Assembly (NCBI GenBank): GCA_030679255.1
Contig: JAUXTO010000013.1
Span: forward strand, 84,383-148,382
From: Candidatus Gottesmanbacteria bacterium
GTDB taxonomy: Bacteria; Patescibacteriota; Microgenomatia; UBA10105; UBA927
Length of the DNA stretch: 64,000 bases
Reading direction: 5' to 3'
Both the position numbers and the translations under genes were made by a program. The notes beneath the pieces were generated by a model, which saw only the letters and a list, made by a program, of their open reading frames with translations, did no database searches and was not told where the DNA came from. This document shows, in pieces, positions 1 through 10,119 of the stretch (positions are counted from its first letter, which is position 1; the number at the start of each line of letters is the position of its first letter).

Positions 1-517
1 AAAAATACGCAGCCCATATATTGATCGTTAATCCAATATTCGCTTCAAAGGCTATCCGCGAAAATTGTATGTGCCATGGTGAAATGGCCATAAATAATGA
101 TGCGAGAATTGGCAATGCACCTGCGATTCTGGGCGAAACTCCCATCACGGTCTCACTCTGATCTTCCCGGGCGTGACGCACTAAAATTTCTACTAAAAAA
201 TATGTCCCGAGAACTGCCAATACGCCAAATAACGCAGAAGGTAACCGAACGGCAAAAACAGAAAGTCCAAATACTGCAACCGATGGAACAGTCAGATAGA
301 CATACAATGGAGGTTTATAATCATCAAAAGACCGAAAACTTAATGGCAAAAAGGACCCATACTCATCCCGACCGGTTTTCAATATACTGTACGCGTTATA
401 CCCCAGAGACACTTCATCCCAGTCAGGACTCACCGGCACGGCACCTAACTGCCAAAATCGCAAAACGATCGCGAGAAATAAAATAATCGCAACGGGAATC
501 GCTGAATATAATCGTTT
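1..517 (-). CDS. GT-C membrane glycosyltransferase (GT39/ArnT-PMT-like), N-terminal part; gene runs off the window start
   Basis: Reverse-complement translation from the ATG at 517 gives MKRLYSAIPVAIILFLAIVLRFWQLGAVPVSPDWDEVSLGYNAYSILKTGRDEYG...FDDYKPPLYVYLTVPSVAVFGL with no stop before position 1. It is closely paralogous to the next two genes. The plus-strand ORF 97..486 is antisense to it. Confidence 0.55.
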
Positions 518-526
518 CATAGCGGA

Positions 527-2167
527 TTACTTCTCAAATAAGGTTAAAACCGGACTACCGTCTAATAATGCAATAGTTTTTATAATTTTTACTCCTGTTG
601 GAACTTGGTTGGGTGGGAAAATGTAGAGTGAACCATCATCCAGAACAGGAAGCGCACTCCCAAAAATAAACGGACCGAATCCGTCAACATGATAAAACCC
701 TGCAGCGTCAAAATATGATGAGTTCCTTTTTTGAAACTCCTCAGGATTATATGCGGTATAAAAAAGTGCATACATATACGCCCTGCCGATTGACTCACTT
801 AAATATATTTTTTTATACTTATTCGTATTGGCGTTTACATATTGAAGCGCCTGCTTGTATCCATATTGCCATTCACCGGAATATATTCTCGGGTAATGGA
901 TGTAATAATTATGAAGGTAATAGCTGACATTCCCTACATACAAAACAACAAGCAATATACTGCATAAAAGATAAACCTTCTTTTTGTGAACGTTGCTCAA
1001 AAAAACGACAATACCAAAAGCAATAAAAATATGCCAAGTCGGAAGTGAGTTGAGTATTCGAAGAGCGTGAGGTGTCTCGCGGGCAACAGCCGCAGGAATA
1101 ATCGCCGTGATAAGCCAATAGATCAAAAACCACGCCTGCGGACGGAAATATGCAAACATGGTGTACACGCCAAGCAACAAGAACGGCAAATCCACACCAT
1201 ACAGTTGGCCTACATCCTGTGTAGAGAATTTCGGATTACCATCGCCTTTTATGAACAAAAAATCCGCGGTAAAATGATCAAAATAGTGAGATAAGAAACT
1301 GCGGGCATACCCTATTCGTCTATTGTCAAAAATAGCGGATATAAACGAATGATTATCAAATGCTCTCCGGTCGTTTGCTCTCTCCACGATACTACTATCT
1401 GAAAAAATATTCACTTCGTTATACCGAAGTCTTGCTTCTTTAGAAAATAAATGCGGAAGTATGGGGAGTAGGAGAACGATCGATAGAATAATTCCTCCCA
1501 GAAAAATCTTTTTATGGACTACTACCTGTTTTCCTATGAAAACAACTACCCCGAGAGCCGCAAACGGGACGAAATACCGTGCACTGTTGAAGGTATAGAC
1601 CGCAGCGACAAACGGCAGCCAACAAACCCAGTAGAGTCTCTCCTGTCGACGAGCCGCCAAGCATAACACAGTTCCAAGGACGATAAAAAAGAGGGCAATA
1701 GTTGCCTCAAACCCGGCCCGCGACAGATTGATGTGCCAGGGAGACAACGCCAGTATCGCTGCTGCAATACTGGCAACATCAAATGACCAATGACCAATGA
1801 CCAATGGTGATATTTCCTTTTCCCGAAATAATTCTTTTACGAGAAAATACGTTAATAGGACGGTCAATGTACCAAAAATTACTGAAGGCAATCGGACGGC
1901 TAATTCGTTCAAGCCGAACAATGCGACAAAAGGAACAGTGAGATAAATCGCGAGCGGTGGTTTATAGTCGCCGTAGCCCACAAACGTATCAATCGGCAAA
2001 AACCGGCCATGTTCATCGCGACCCGTCTTAAGGATGCTATATGCATTGTATCCAATCGATACTTCATCCCAAGAGAGAGCCGGAGGATTATCCCAAACGT
2101 TATAAAAACGGAGACCAAACGCAAGACCTACAATAAAAATTAATATGATTCGTATTTTGATACTCAC
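527..2167 (-). CDS. GT-C membrane glycosyltransferase, GT39/PMT_2 (ArnT-like) family
   Basis: 546 aa polytopic membrane protein. It has the first-loop acidic motif typical of ArnT/PMT GT-C enzymes (WDEVSIGYNAYSILKTGRDEHG) followed by FDDYKPPL...LTVPFVALFGLNE. Confidence 0.75.
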   Translation of the reverse strand: MSIKIRIILIFIVGLAFGLRFYNVWDNPPALSWDEVSIGYNAYSILKTGRDEHGRFLPIDTFVGYGDYKPPLAIYLTVPFVALFGLNELAVRLPSVIFGTLTVLLTYFLVKELFREKEISPLVIGHWSFDVASIAAAILALSPWHINLSRAGFEATIALFFIVLGTVLCLAARRQERLYWVCWLPFVAAVYTFNSARYFVPFAALGVVVFIGKQVVVHKKIFLGGIILSIVLLLPILPHLFSKEARLRYNEVNIFSDSSIVERANDRRAFDNHSFISAIFDNRRIGYARSFLSHYFDHFTADFLFIKGDGNPKFSTQDVGQLYGVDLPFLLLGVYTMFAYFRPQAWFLIYWLITAIIPAAVARETPHALRILNSLPTWHIFIAFGIVVFLSNVHKKKVYLLCSILLVVLYVGNVSYYLHNYYIHYPRIYSGEWQYGYKQALQYVNANTNKYKKIYLSESIGRAYMYALFYTAYNPEEFQKRNSSYFDAAGFYHVDGFGPFIFGSALPVLDDGSLYIFPPNQVPTGVKIIKTIALLDGSPVLTLFEK

Positions 2168-3870
2168 GGTTTTGGAATAGTAATGACCGGCGCTAGTGAT
2201 ATGCTTTCAATCAGTTGAAACGCTTCGGCTCCATCTCTCCAGTTGATGCGTTCGATGAGCTTCGAATTTGGCGTGGCGATGCACCCACCCTTATTTATAT
2301 ACAAAATCCGTAAACCGGGATACTGTCGATCCATAGTTTCACGATATTTTGCGCTGGGACAGTCTAACGGAACAAATATATATTTATCATACCCTGTATA
2401 ATCATAATCTCGTGGTGATCCCAACTCTTGATAACGCGCGGGGCTATAACCCGTATAAAATAACAAATAAATATACGGACTTGAGTTCGTTTTTGTAACA
2501 ACAATTTTATCGTAATTCTGGGTACTTTGTTGCAGGGACTCTACCAACTCCTTGTAGGCAAATCCACGATAATAGGGTAAATGAAAAGGCTGATGAAAAA
2601 ACAATGCGTGGATAAAAAACGAAATATTGACCCCATAGAAAACAGCTATTCCTAAAACCACACCGACGCGAAAGTTCTTACGAACGCATGCAATAGATTG
2701 AAGGATTCCATATGCAACCAAGATGCTGCCCGGCATGATCGCAAAATAGTATCGATGAATATTTGGAGTTTCCTGACCAAATACTGCCAACCCGAGCGGC
2801 GTAAGTAATAACCATCCGAATATGAAATATCCCCACCGCTTTTTCGACTTTACTATTTGATACAAACCAATGAGCATGAATGGCAAGTCGATCAAATACA
2901 TAAATCCAATATTTGGAATTTTTTCCCGTTCCGGTTGATTCGCCTGAAAAAATAAAAAGTCAAATCCAAAATAATTAGTGTAATTACGGATCATATATCT
3001 GCCATAATCAACAATTTTATTGTGATATATACGAGTGGATAGCATGGGAGACCCCGATACTCCATCTTCCCGTATTTGTTCGTTGAGCGGCAATATCACA
3101 TCCTGAGATGAAAATATATTTACTTGCCCGAAACGGGAACCCGAAGATCCAAACATCAAATATATAGCGGTCAACAGAATAGCTATCATATATCCAGCAA
3201 AAACAAGTTTCATTTTTTTATCCAATCGCGGGAAGTAATACCAAAATAAAAGCGGAATAAATCCCAACAACAATACTCTGGGAGAGGCATAGGTGAAACA
3301 ACTTATAATCCAAAATCCTAATCCACAGACCGCCCAGATATATTTTTTGGTGTCCACATATTTTCCGGCACAATACCAGCCAACGAGCATAAAAAGCACG
3401 GCAACCAATGGATCACTTTGCGCTCTTGAAAGAAGTACGGAACTTGGTGAAAACGAAACGATCGCTGCGGTGATCAATGAAAGAAGTACATGTTGTGTAA
3501 GTGCAAACGTCACAACTGCGGATACCAACACAATCAATATTCCTGCGACAGCAGAAGGCATTCTGACGGAAAATTCATTGAGTCCAAATAGTGCGACAAA
3601 TGGAACAGTAAGATAGGAATAGATAGCTCCCTTATAGTCATCAAACGACCTGAGCACAAGTGGGATTGGCTTGCCGTATTCGTCTTTTCCGGTTTTCAGA
3701 AGTGAATACGCATTGTATCCAAAAGCAGCCTCGTCCGCGTGAAATCCTTCCGGAATCTTATCGATTTTCCATATACGGATGATAGCCCCAGACAAGAGAA
3801 TAAAAAAAAGTATAACAAATATCTGCGTTCGTTTCATGGCTAGTATCGTAGTATTTTTTGGACTCTTCAA
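2164..3870 (-). CDS. GT-C membrane glycosyltransferase, GT39/PMT_2 (ArnT-like) family paralog
   Basis: 568 aa with HADEAAFGYNAYSLLKTGKDEYG...FDDYKG...LTVPFVALFGLNEFSVRMPSAV. The stop overlaps the start of the previous gene (ATGA-type coupling). The start may be the internal Met at about 3837. Confidence 0.75.
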   Translation of the reverse strand: MKSPKNTTILAMKRTQIFVILFFILLSGAIIRIWKIDKIPEGFHADEAAFGYNAYSLLKTGKDEYGKPIPLVLRSFDDYKGAIYSYLTVPFVALFGLNEFSVRMPSAVAGILIVLVSAVVTFALTQHVLLSLITAAIVSFSPSSVLLSRAQSDPLVAVLFMLVGWYCAGKYVDTKKYIWAVCGLGFWIISCFTYASPRVLLLGFIPLLFWYYFPRLDKKMKLVFAGYMIAILLTAIYLMFGSSGSRFGQVNIFSSQDVILPLNEQIREDGVSGSPMLSTRIYHNKIVDYGRYMIRNYTNYFGFDFLFFQANQPEREKIPNIGFMYLIDLPFMLIGLYQIVKSKKRWGYFIFGWLLLTPLGLAVFGQETPNIHRYYFAIMPGSILVAYGILQSIACVRKNFRVGVVLGIAVFYGVNISFFIHALFFHQPFHLPYYRGFAYKELVESLQQSTQNYDKIVVTKTNSSPYIYLLFYTGYSPARYQELGSPRDYDYTGYDKYIFVPLDCPSAKYRETMDRQYPGLRILYINKGGCIATPNSKLIERINWRDGAEAFQLIESISLAPVITIPKP

Positions 3871-3898
3871 GTATTATATCCTAGATAAAGAAAAAAAC

Positions 3899-5626
3899 AT
3901 GGGCAAATCTCTATTATTATATCTGACAGCAGTTACCCTATTTACCCTGGTTTTATTTTGGCCGTTTACCCTCCATATCCACGACTCGGTCGTCAATGTC
4001 ATCGACCCTTTATTTTACGCATGGAATTTATCGCATAATGCTGACCATTGGTTTAATGGTTTTGATGCACTCGTCAATACAAATATTTTTTATCCTCTGA
4101 CCAACACCATTGCGTACTCAGATACTCTTTGGGGCCAAAGTGTATTTATAAACCCGATTATATGGATTACCCATAACCCGATCTTGGCACAAAACATAGC
4201 TGTCCTTCTCTCATTCCCACTTTCAGCTCTGGCTATGTTCCTGCTGTCGTATTATTGCACGCGAAATAAAATAGCATCCTTTCTATCCGGAGTATTTTAT
4301 GCTTTTTCATACCCACGGCTTTCTCAAGTCGGACATCTGCCCATGATCAGCAGTCAATGGCTACCCCTCTATATACTCTATCTGTTTAAATTTTTGGGTG
4401 ACCGTACCCGGAAAAATTTCCTTCTCGTATGCATCTGGTATATTCTTTCGATAACATCAAGCATCTATTTTGGTATTTTTCTCATACCGGTAACCGTGAT
4501 CATGATCGTTGCGGACGTTATAAAACATTTGTATCGTCATACCGTATACCAATATAAAAATACAGCACTAACCATCCTTCCTGTGATCGTGCCGTTTATC
4601 ATTGTGGTAGGCATCGTATTATTCCCGTATATCCGCCTAAAAGCAGAGAATCCTGATATAAAACGCACCATAGACGACGTGACGCATTTACGGGCCAACA
4701 TAACGGATTATTTCAGCGTGCTTCCCACTAGCCTCAATATCTATAAGCTTCCGACTAACACGAACGAACACGTTCTCTTCCCTACGATCACGGTACTTCT
4801 CCTTGCTGTCTTTGGTCTCGTTACATCGTATAAACGCAATAGATACACGGTGAGCATAATCGTACTTATTGCATTCATGTCTTTTGTCCTGTCTCTTGGA
4901 AATGAACAGAGATTTACTATCGGATCATATCTCACTGACTCTATAAAGCTACCTTATTATTACCTCTATACCATATTCCCAATGTTTCAAATGATCCGCG
5001 TACCTGCCCGATTTGGAATATTTGTCATTATTGCTCTCAGTGTACTTGCGGCATGGGGCATCGATCATGTCCTGAAAAAAAGTAAATCATTATGGATGAT
5101 GGGAATATTTCTTTGTCTGTTTATTTTTGAAGTCTGGCAAACCACCACTCCATTCGTCACTATCCCTCTTGAGCAATCTATTCCAGACATCTACATGTGG
5201 ATACGCGACCAACCTGAACCAATGATACTCGCCGAGCTTCCCGTATCTCTATCCTTCTACTACGGGAATAACATGGAAGATCAATTATATAGATCCTATA
5301 CTGCGCTCGGGAAGCCGGATGTCTATGCGTTAGAAACGTATCGGATATACTTCTCATCTTTTCACAAAAAACGCATGATAAATGGCTATAGCGGCTTCTC
5401 GCCGGAAAGTTATAATAGAATAGTGGACACTCTGGAAAACTTCCCTTCTGAAGTCTCGATAAAAGCCCTGCAGGACATCGGTGTGACGCATGCAGTCCTC
5501 CATATTCGGCAATATGAAGAGAAAAAAAGAAATGAAATAATACAAGCTCTGACTAACGCATCATTGTTGACCCTCACCTATTCTCACAACGATGATCTAG
5601 TCTATACAATTAATAAGAAGCAATAA
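3899..5626 (+). CDS. polytopic membrane protein of unknown function (possible glycosyltransferase accessory protein or GT-C-like)
   Basis: Long ORF with many hydrophobic segments. The likely start is MGKSLLLYLTAV at 3899; the 3779 start would overlap the divergent gene. No family is confidently recognised. Confidence 0.45.
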   Translation: MGKSLLLYLTAVTLFTLVLFWPFTLHIHDSVVNVIDPLFYAWNLSHNADHWFNGFDALVNTNIFYPLTNTIAYSDTLWGQSVFINPIIWITHNPILAQNIAVLLSFPLSALAMFLLSYYCTRNKIASFLSGVFYAFSYPRLSQVGHLPMISSQWLPLYILYLFKFLGDRTRKNFLLVCIWYILSITSSIYFGIFLIPVTVIMIVADVIKHLYRHTVYQYKNTALTILPVIVPFIIVVGIVLFPYIRLKAENPDIKRTIDDVTHLRANITDYFSVLPTSLNIYKLPTNTNEHVLFPTITVLLLAVFGLVTSYKRNRYTVSIIVLIAFMSFVLSLGNEQRFTIGSYLTDSIKLPYYYLYTIFPMFQMIRVPARFGIFVIIALSVLAAWGIDHVLKKSKSLWMMGIFLCLFIFEVWQTTTPFVTIPLEQSIPDIYMWIRDQPEPMILAELPVSLSFYYGNNMEDQLYRSYTALGKPDVYALETYRIYFSSFHKKRMINGYSGFSPESYNRIVDTLENFPSEVSIKALQDIGVTHAVLHIRQYEEKKRNEIIQALTNASLLTLTYSHNDDLVYTINKKQ

Positions 5627-5631
5627 TATCT

Positions 5632-8058
5632 ATGAAAAGACTATTACTCCTCTACAAAAACCCTTTCTGTATTCTTGGGTTTATTACCATAATATTTTTC
5701 TGGCAAATATTTTTCAAAGGATATGTTCCTTTTCCCGGTGATTTACTGCTTTCGGAATATAATCCCTGGCGCCAGAGCTCCTACTTCGGATACGCTCCTG
5801 GAGCAGTACCGAATAAAGCTCAATATTTTGACACAATCCGGGAATTCTACCCATGGTTGGACTTCACCGTTGGCGAAATAAAAAAAGGAAACATGCCACT
5901 TTGGAATCCTTATAACTTCTCCGGACAACCGCATATAGCCAATTTCCTTACCGCAGTTTTCTACCCTCTGAATTTCATTTATTTTACGATCGGGACCATC
6001 CGTGGATACTCTCTCATGATTGTGCTTGCCCCATTCCTAACGTCCATATTTATGTATTTGTATGCCAAAAAAATCGGAATCTCTCCAATCGGATCTTTCT
6101 TTTCTGCATTGATACTCGCGTACTCTTCGTATATGGTTGATTGGCTGGAATTCGGGGTGGTAGGACATACTCTTGCCTGGTTTCCGCTGGCGCTCTACGC
6201 GATAGAACATTTACGGACCGGTCATAGCACGAAACACTCTCTTATCTTGACGTTTGCGTTGACCGCGTCATTATTTGCCGGATATCCGATGGATTTTATC
6301 TTCTATTTCAGTTTTGTTTTACTCTATCTTGTTTATATTGCCTTTATAGATTCCAAAATCAAGAAACAGCCGTTTACCTTGCCTTTTACCCGTGTCGCAC
6401 CATGCGTAGCATTCTCTTTACTCATCGGGAGCATACAGCTATTCCCCGCTATAGCGTACTACCTCAAGTCAGCCCGGACATCTGTACCCTACGATTTTTT
6501 GATAAATAATATGCTCGTACAACCATATCAGCTGATTATGACCGTGATACCTGATTATTTCGGTAATCCCGTCACAAAAAACTATTGGCTTACGACATCG
6601 TATGTAAGCCTGACGTTATCGTTCGGACTCGCGCCATTACTCTTTGCGTCCATTTTTATCTTCAACCTGCATAAAAAGGAGCGTGTCATGTATCATCGGG
6701 AACATCTGTTTATTGCCGCACTCCTCACCATCTATCTCCTCATCGTAAGAACGCCGCTCACCGAACTATTGTATAGAATGAATATTCCGCTCTTTTCTAC
6801 AAGCTCACCGACCCATCTGTTAACGATCGCCATCTTCATCTGGAGCATTTTAGCTGGACGGGGGTTGGATCTCTATCTGAAAAACAAAGAAAAGCTATAC
6901 ATGCTTATCCCCACCATTCTCGCATTTTGCCTCGCGTGGGCAGGGTTACTCTTTGTGCCGTATGCATATCAAACAGTAGCACTACGTAACAGCGTCTATT
7001 CTACCGGAATTTTTATGACACTATTGGTGTTATTTACTCTCGGATCGATAAAAATGAACGTAAAAAAATACATAATTATACTTATCATCCTCGTGACCAT
7101 CATTGAACGGTTTGTCGCATTTGGAAAATTCAATCCGTTTGTACCCAAAGCGTACGTGTACCCGCAATCAGAAATTTTGACCCACCTTCAATCCATATCC
7201 GGCATCGATAGATTTTATGGATACGGGACAGCAAAGATTGAATCCAATATCAATACGCGGTACAGTCTCCATTCAACAGATGGTTTTGGTGCGATAAACT
7301 ATGCTTTCTATAACGGTTTTATCCGCGCATCCCAAGACGGAAAAATCGTAAAAACGTTTACCCATATAAATCGTAGTGTCGCGGAAATTGCCACGGGGTA
7401 TGGGGCAGAGGATCTTCCGCATAATCTCTACAGGTTACGGATGATGGACGCTCTCGGTGTGAAATATATCCTTGACCGCGTCGAAAATCCAAAAGACGAC
7501 GCTACATTTCCGCGCGACCGGTTCGCGCGGATCTGGGACAATACCGACGGATGGGCAATCTATAAAAATATGTATGCCGCTCCGAGATACTTTTTAACAG
7601 ATAAAATACAATATTACAGTACTGATGCAGAATTCGAAAATATATTTTTTGATCCGAGCTTTAATCCGAGAGACACGGTAGTGTTAGAAAAAAAAGCAGA
7701 ACCACTCATTCACGTTCTTCCGGCAAAGGAAAAAAACGTTGAGCTTGTACGGTATGAACCCAACACCATACAATTCCGTACCAAATCCGATACAGCGCAA
7801 ATTCTCTATCTTTCAGATACGTACGATAAAGGATGGAAATCATTTATTGACGGCAAACAGACCGGAATGTTGAAAGCAAATTACGCATTACGGGCGATAA
7901 ATATCCCGGCCGGAACGCACACTGTTGTCATGAACTACGCACCGGACGAGTTCACATACGGCATAATCGTATCACTCATAGGATTCATACTTTTCACAAT
8001 TTTTTTAACGGTACGGGGCGGCCAAAACGTTAAAGCGCGCCACTCCCGCCTGTGTTGA
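5632..8058 (+). CDS. YfhO-family membrane protein (GT-C-like glycosyltransferase acting on lipid-linked sugars)
   Basis: 808 aa with the hallmark PLWNPYNFSGQPHIANFLTAVFYPLNFIYF segment of the YfhO family and many transmembrane segments. Confidence 0.7.
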   Translation: MKRLLLLYKNPFCILGFITIIFFWQIFFKGYVPFPGDLLLSEYNPWRQSSYFGYAPGAVPNKAQYFDTIREFYPWLDFTVGEIKKGNMPLWNPYNFSGQPHIANFLTAVFYPLNFIYFTIGTIRGYSLMIVLAPFLTSIFMYLYAKKIGISPIGSFFSALILAYSSYMVDWLEFGVVGHTLAWFPLALYAIEHLRTGHSTKHSLILTFALTASLFAGYPMDFIFYFSFVLLYLVYIAFIDSKIKKQPFTLPFTRVAPCVAFSLLIGSIQLFPAIAYYLKSARTSVPYDFLINNMLVQPYQLIMTVIPDYFGNPVTKNYWLTTSYVSLTLSFGLAPLLFASIFIFNLHKKERVMYHREHLFIAALLTIYLLIVRTPLTELLYRMNIPLFSTSSPTHLLTIAIFIWSILAGRGLDLYLKNKEKLYMLIPTILAFCLAWAGLLFVPYAYQTVALRNSVYSTGIFMTLLVLFTLGSIKMNVKKYIIILIILVTIIERFVAFGKFNPFVPKAYVYPQSEILTHLQSISGIDRFYGYGTAKIESNINTRYSLHSTDGFGAINYAFYNGFIRASQDGKIVKTFTHINRSVAEIATGYGAEDLPHNLYRLRMMDALGVKYILDRVENPKDDATFPRDRFARIWDNTDGWAIYKNMYAAPRYFLTDKIQYYSTDAEFENIFFDPSFNPRDTVVLEKKAEPLIHVLPAKEKNVELVRYEPNTIQFRTKSDTAQILYLSDTYDKGWKSFIDGKQTGMLKANYALRAINIPAGTHTVVMNYAPDEFTYGIIVSLIGFILFTIFLTVRGGQNVKARHSRLC

Positions 8059-10074
8059 TTCGACCATATCTTCAAATACACTTGCCGGAATGGCATCAGC
8101 TCGAACGCGAAGCACTCTGATGTCATCATTGGCATAATACATATCCAAAAAGGAAGCCGACGTGGTAGATCCTATCAATGAAACCGGCGAATCGATAATA
8201 TAGCGAATCGGATATTGTTTTACCATAGCTGCGACCTCGATGATATTTAAAGACGACGTGATAATTGATGCGGCTTCTTTTCTTCTTGCGACCTCTTGGG
8301 GCGGGGCTTTAAACCAGTACAAAAACTGCTCTCCGGAATAAAACATCGGTCTATCAAGTAACATGCTAAATACCGGACCTTCCGTGTCAAACTTAAAATA
8401 GCGTGGGTTTACCAGAAACACATCATTGGAGTGTGTTGCGCTTCTCATGGCTACCGCGCCATCGAGAATCCCCTTCGAAATTGAAAAGCCCCTTTTACTT
8501 ATAACATCAGAAAAATTTTGGTATGTTCTGTAAAGTGGTCTGGGCACCGTCAAAAAAATAACAATAAACGCAATTGTTACGCTCAAATATCTGTGCCTAT
8601 CAGTCACATACTGTATAACCAAAGCCGCGTAAAAGGAGGAAAATATGAAAACGGAAATAAGAAAATTAAATGTATTCGACTCTCCGGTATCCTGATTATA
8701 GAAAAATCCCAGAAGAAAACTTGTGAAGAGAGCCGGAAACATAAAGACGTGAAACCCCAGCGGAAATTGTTTTAATGTATTTTTAGTATTAAACAGGGCG
8801 ATGACCTTGGTCCCATAGATGGCGACGATATATATTGCAGTAAATAGGATATTAAAAAACAGTACCTGCATCCATTTATGGTCCCCCTCATAGATAATAC
8901 GTGCCTGTTCCAACCGTAATAGATTCAACCAAGGTTGAACGATAAAATTCTGTGCTCTCCAAAAACCCAAGTAATATAACCCTCCGGCGCCCGCATTTGT
9001 CTGCATATATACGGGAAGAACTAACGCTACGGTGACTAACCCTATTAATGCAGCTATTTTTGACCTATGTCTCATAGCGTCAAATAAGGCAATACTCAAC
9101 AATCCAACATACATAAAAAAAGCCACATATATCTTCATACCAGCAATGCTGGCAAAAAGAAGTGAGGTGACAATGACTGTCAATACGGCAGGTTTTTTTC
9201 GGACATAAAACAACATCATCATTGCAGCTACCCCGACCATCACAGCCATCGCCCTTGGGTAGTTTGCCAAAAAGCCGGGACCGTCTTCAAGGGAGCTCAT
9301 GGAAAAAGACGGAGCGCTTTGTAAAACAGTGATAATCCAATATATCGCGTCGCTTCCAAAGTAAAAGAAAAAAAGAGTCCACAACCCCAAATTCCCGGAT
9401 CCGCCCAATTGCCAAACCAAACCAAACAATAATATGCCCATCATGATAGCAATAAGCACGGTCGAATATTGAAACTGCAACTGAAAAACAGGAAGCCCAG
9501 ATATACGGGATGTTTCTCCAACTACGATATTTGACCAATAGTGATAATTTTCCAACAATGCACCGGTCATACCCGGATGCTCAGGGGGAATTGAATCTAT
9601 TATTTTTCTTGATAATGATCCATAGAAAAAATTATCATTTGCATTACCGCAGCAATAATAGGCAGTGTCTTTAAGTACCACTCCGGTAAACCAAATAGTC
9701 GAGAGCTGCATAAACGAACCGATGAGTATGATCGCCCACAATTTCCAATTCATTGTAAAGGGCGCTCCTATTTCAGTTTTTTGACTTTTCCGCCGCACAA
9801 TCGCCCATATAATAAAACATACAAATAAATAGAAATAGGTGAGAAACCGTATGTGCAAAACCCCAAAAAGGTAACCCTGGTAAGCAAACAACACCATACC
9901 GAGCGTTACGGAAAGCGATATTTTAAAAATCCGGGGAATGCATACTCTACGGAGCAAAAGGGAACCGGGTATATAGTAGGCAATAAATACCACGAAGAAA
10001 TAGTACAAAAACTGCAGCCAAAATATCGGATCTGTGAGAGAAAATGTAGGCATATGAGAATCTGTATATTTCAC
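8005..10074 (-). CDS. large polytopic membrane protein with about 190 aa C-terminal soluble domain, unknown function
   Basis: 689 aa. About 500 aa of transmembrane-rich sequence is followed by a hydrophilic C-terminal domain. It apparently starts at GTG. The 3' end overlaps the convergent YfhO gene by about 54 nt. Confidence 0.4.
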   Translation of the reverse strand: MKYTDSHMPTFSLTDPIFWLQFLYYFFVVFIAYYIPGSLLLRRVCIPRIFKISLSVTLGMVLFAYQGYLFGVLHIRFLTYFYLFVCFIIWAIVRRKSQKTEIGAPFTMNWKLWAIILIGSFMQLSTIWFTGVVLKDTAYYCCGNANDNFFYGSLSRKIIDSIPPEHPGMTGALLENYHYWSNIVVGETSRISGLPVFQLQFQYSTVLIAIMMGILLFGLVWQLGGSGNLGLWTLFFFYFGSDAIYWIITVLQSAPSFSMSSLEDGPGFLANYPRAMAVMVGVAAMMMLFYVRKKPAVLTVIVTSLLFASIAGMKIYVAFFMYVGLLSIALFDAMRHRSKIAALIGLVTVALVLPVYMQTNAGAGGLYYLGFWRAQNFIVQPWLNLLRLEQARIIYEGDHKWMQVLFFNILFTAIYIVAIYGTKVIALFNTKNTLKQFPLGFHVFMFPALFTSFLLGFFYNQDTGESNTFNFLISVFIFSSFYAALVIQYVTDRHRYLSVTIAFIVIFLTVPRPLYRTYQNFSDVISKRGFSISKGILDGAVAMRSATHSNDVFLVNPRYFKFDTEGPVFSMLLDRPMFYSGEQFLYWFKAPPQEVARRKEAASIITSSLNIIEVAAMVKQYPIRYIIDSPVSLIGSTTSASFLDMYYANDDIRVLRVRADAIPASVFEDMVESTQAGVARFNVLAAPYR

Positions 10075-10077
10075 CTA

Positions 10078-10101
10078 TCACTCATGATAGTATCATAGTG
10101 A
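10078..10101. promoter_or_regulatory. 24-nt near-perfect palindrome in divergent intergenic region (candidate operator)
   Basis: TCACTCATGATAGTATCATAGTGA has arms TCACTCATGATA / TATCAT-AGTGA (11 of 12 matching). It lies in the 45-nt gap between the divergently transcribed genes at 8005-10074 and 10120-11844. Confidence 0.35.
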
Positions 10102-10119
10102 AATTATATCGATTATAGT

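Noticed and set aside
97-486. 129-aa plus-strand ORF at the window start
   Set aside because: It is antisense to a clearly recognisable GT39 paralog N-terminus on the minus strand (ATG at 517) and has no motif support.
3779-3898. Upstream extension of the 3899-5626 ORF
   Set aside because: The extension overlaps the divergent gene at 2164-3870. The Met at 3899 leads directly into a hydrophobic N-terminus and is the more plausible start.
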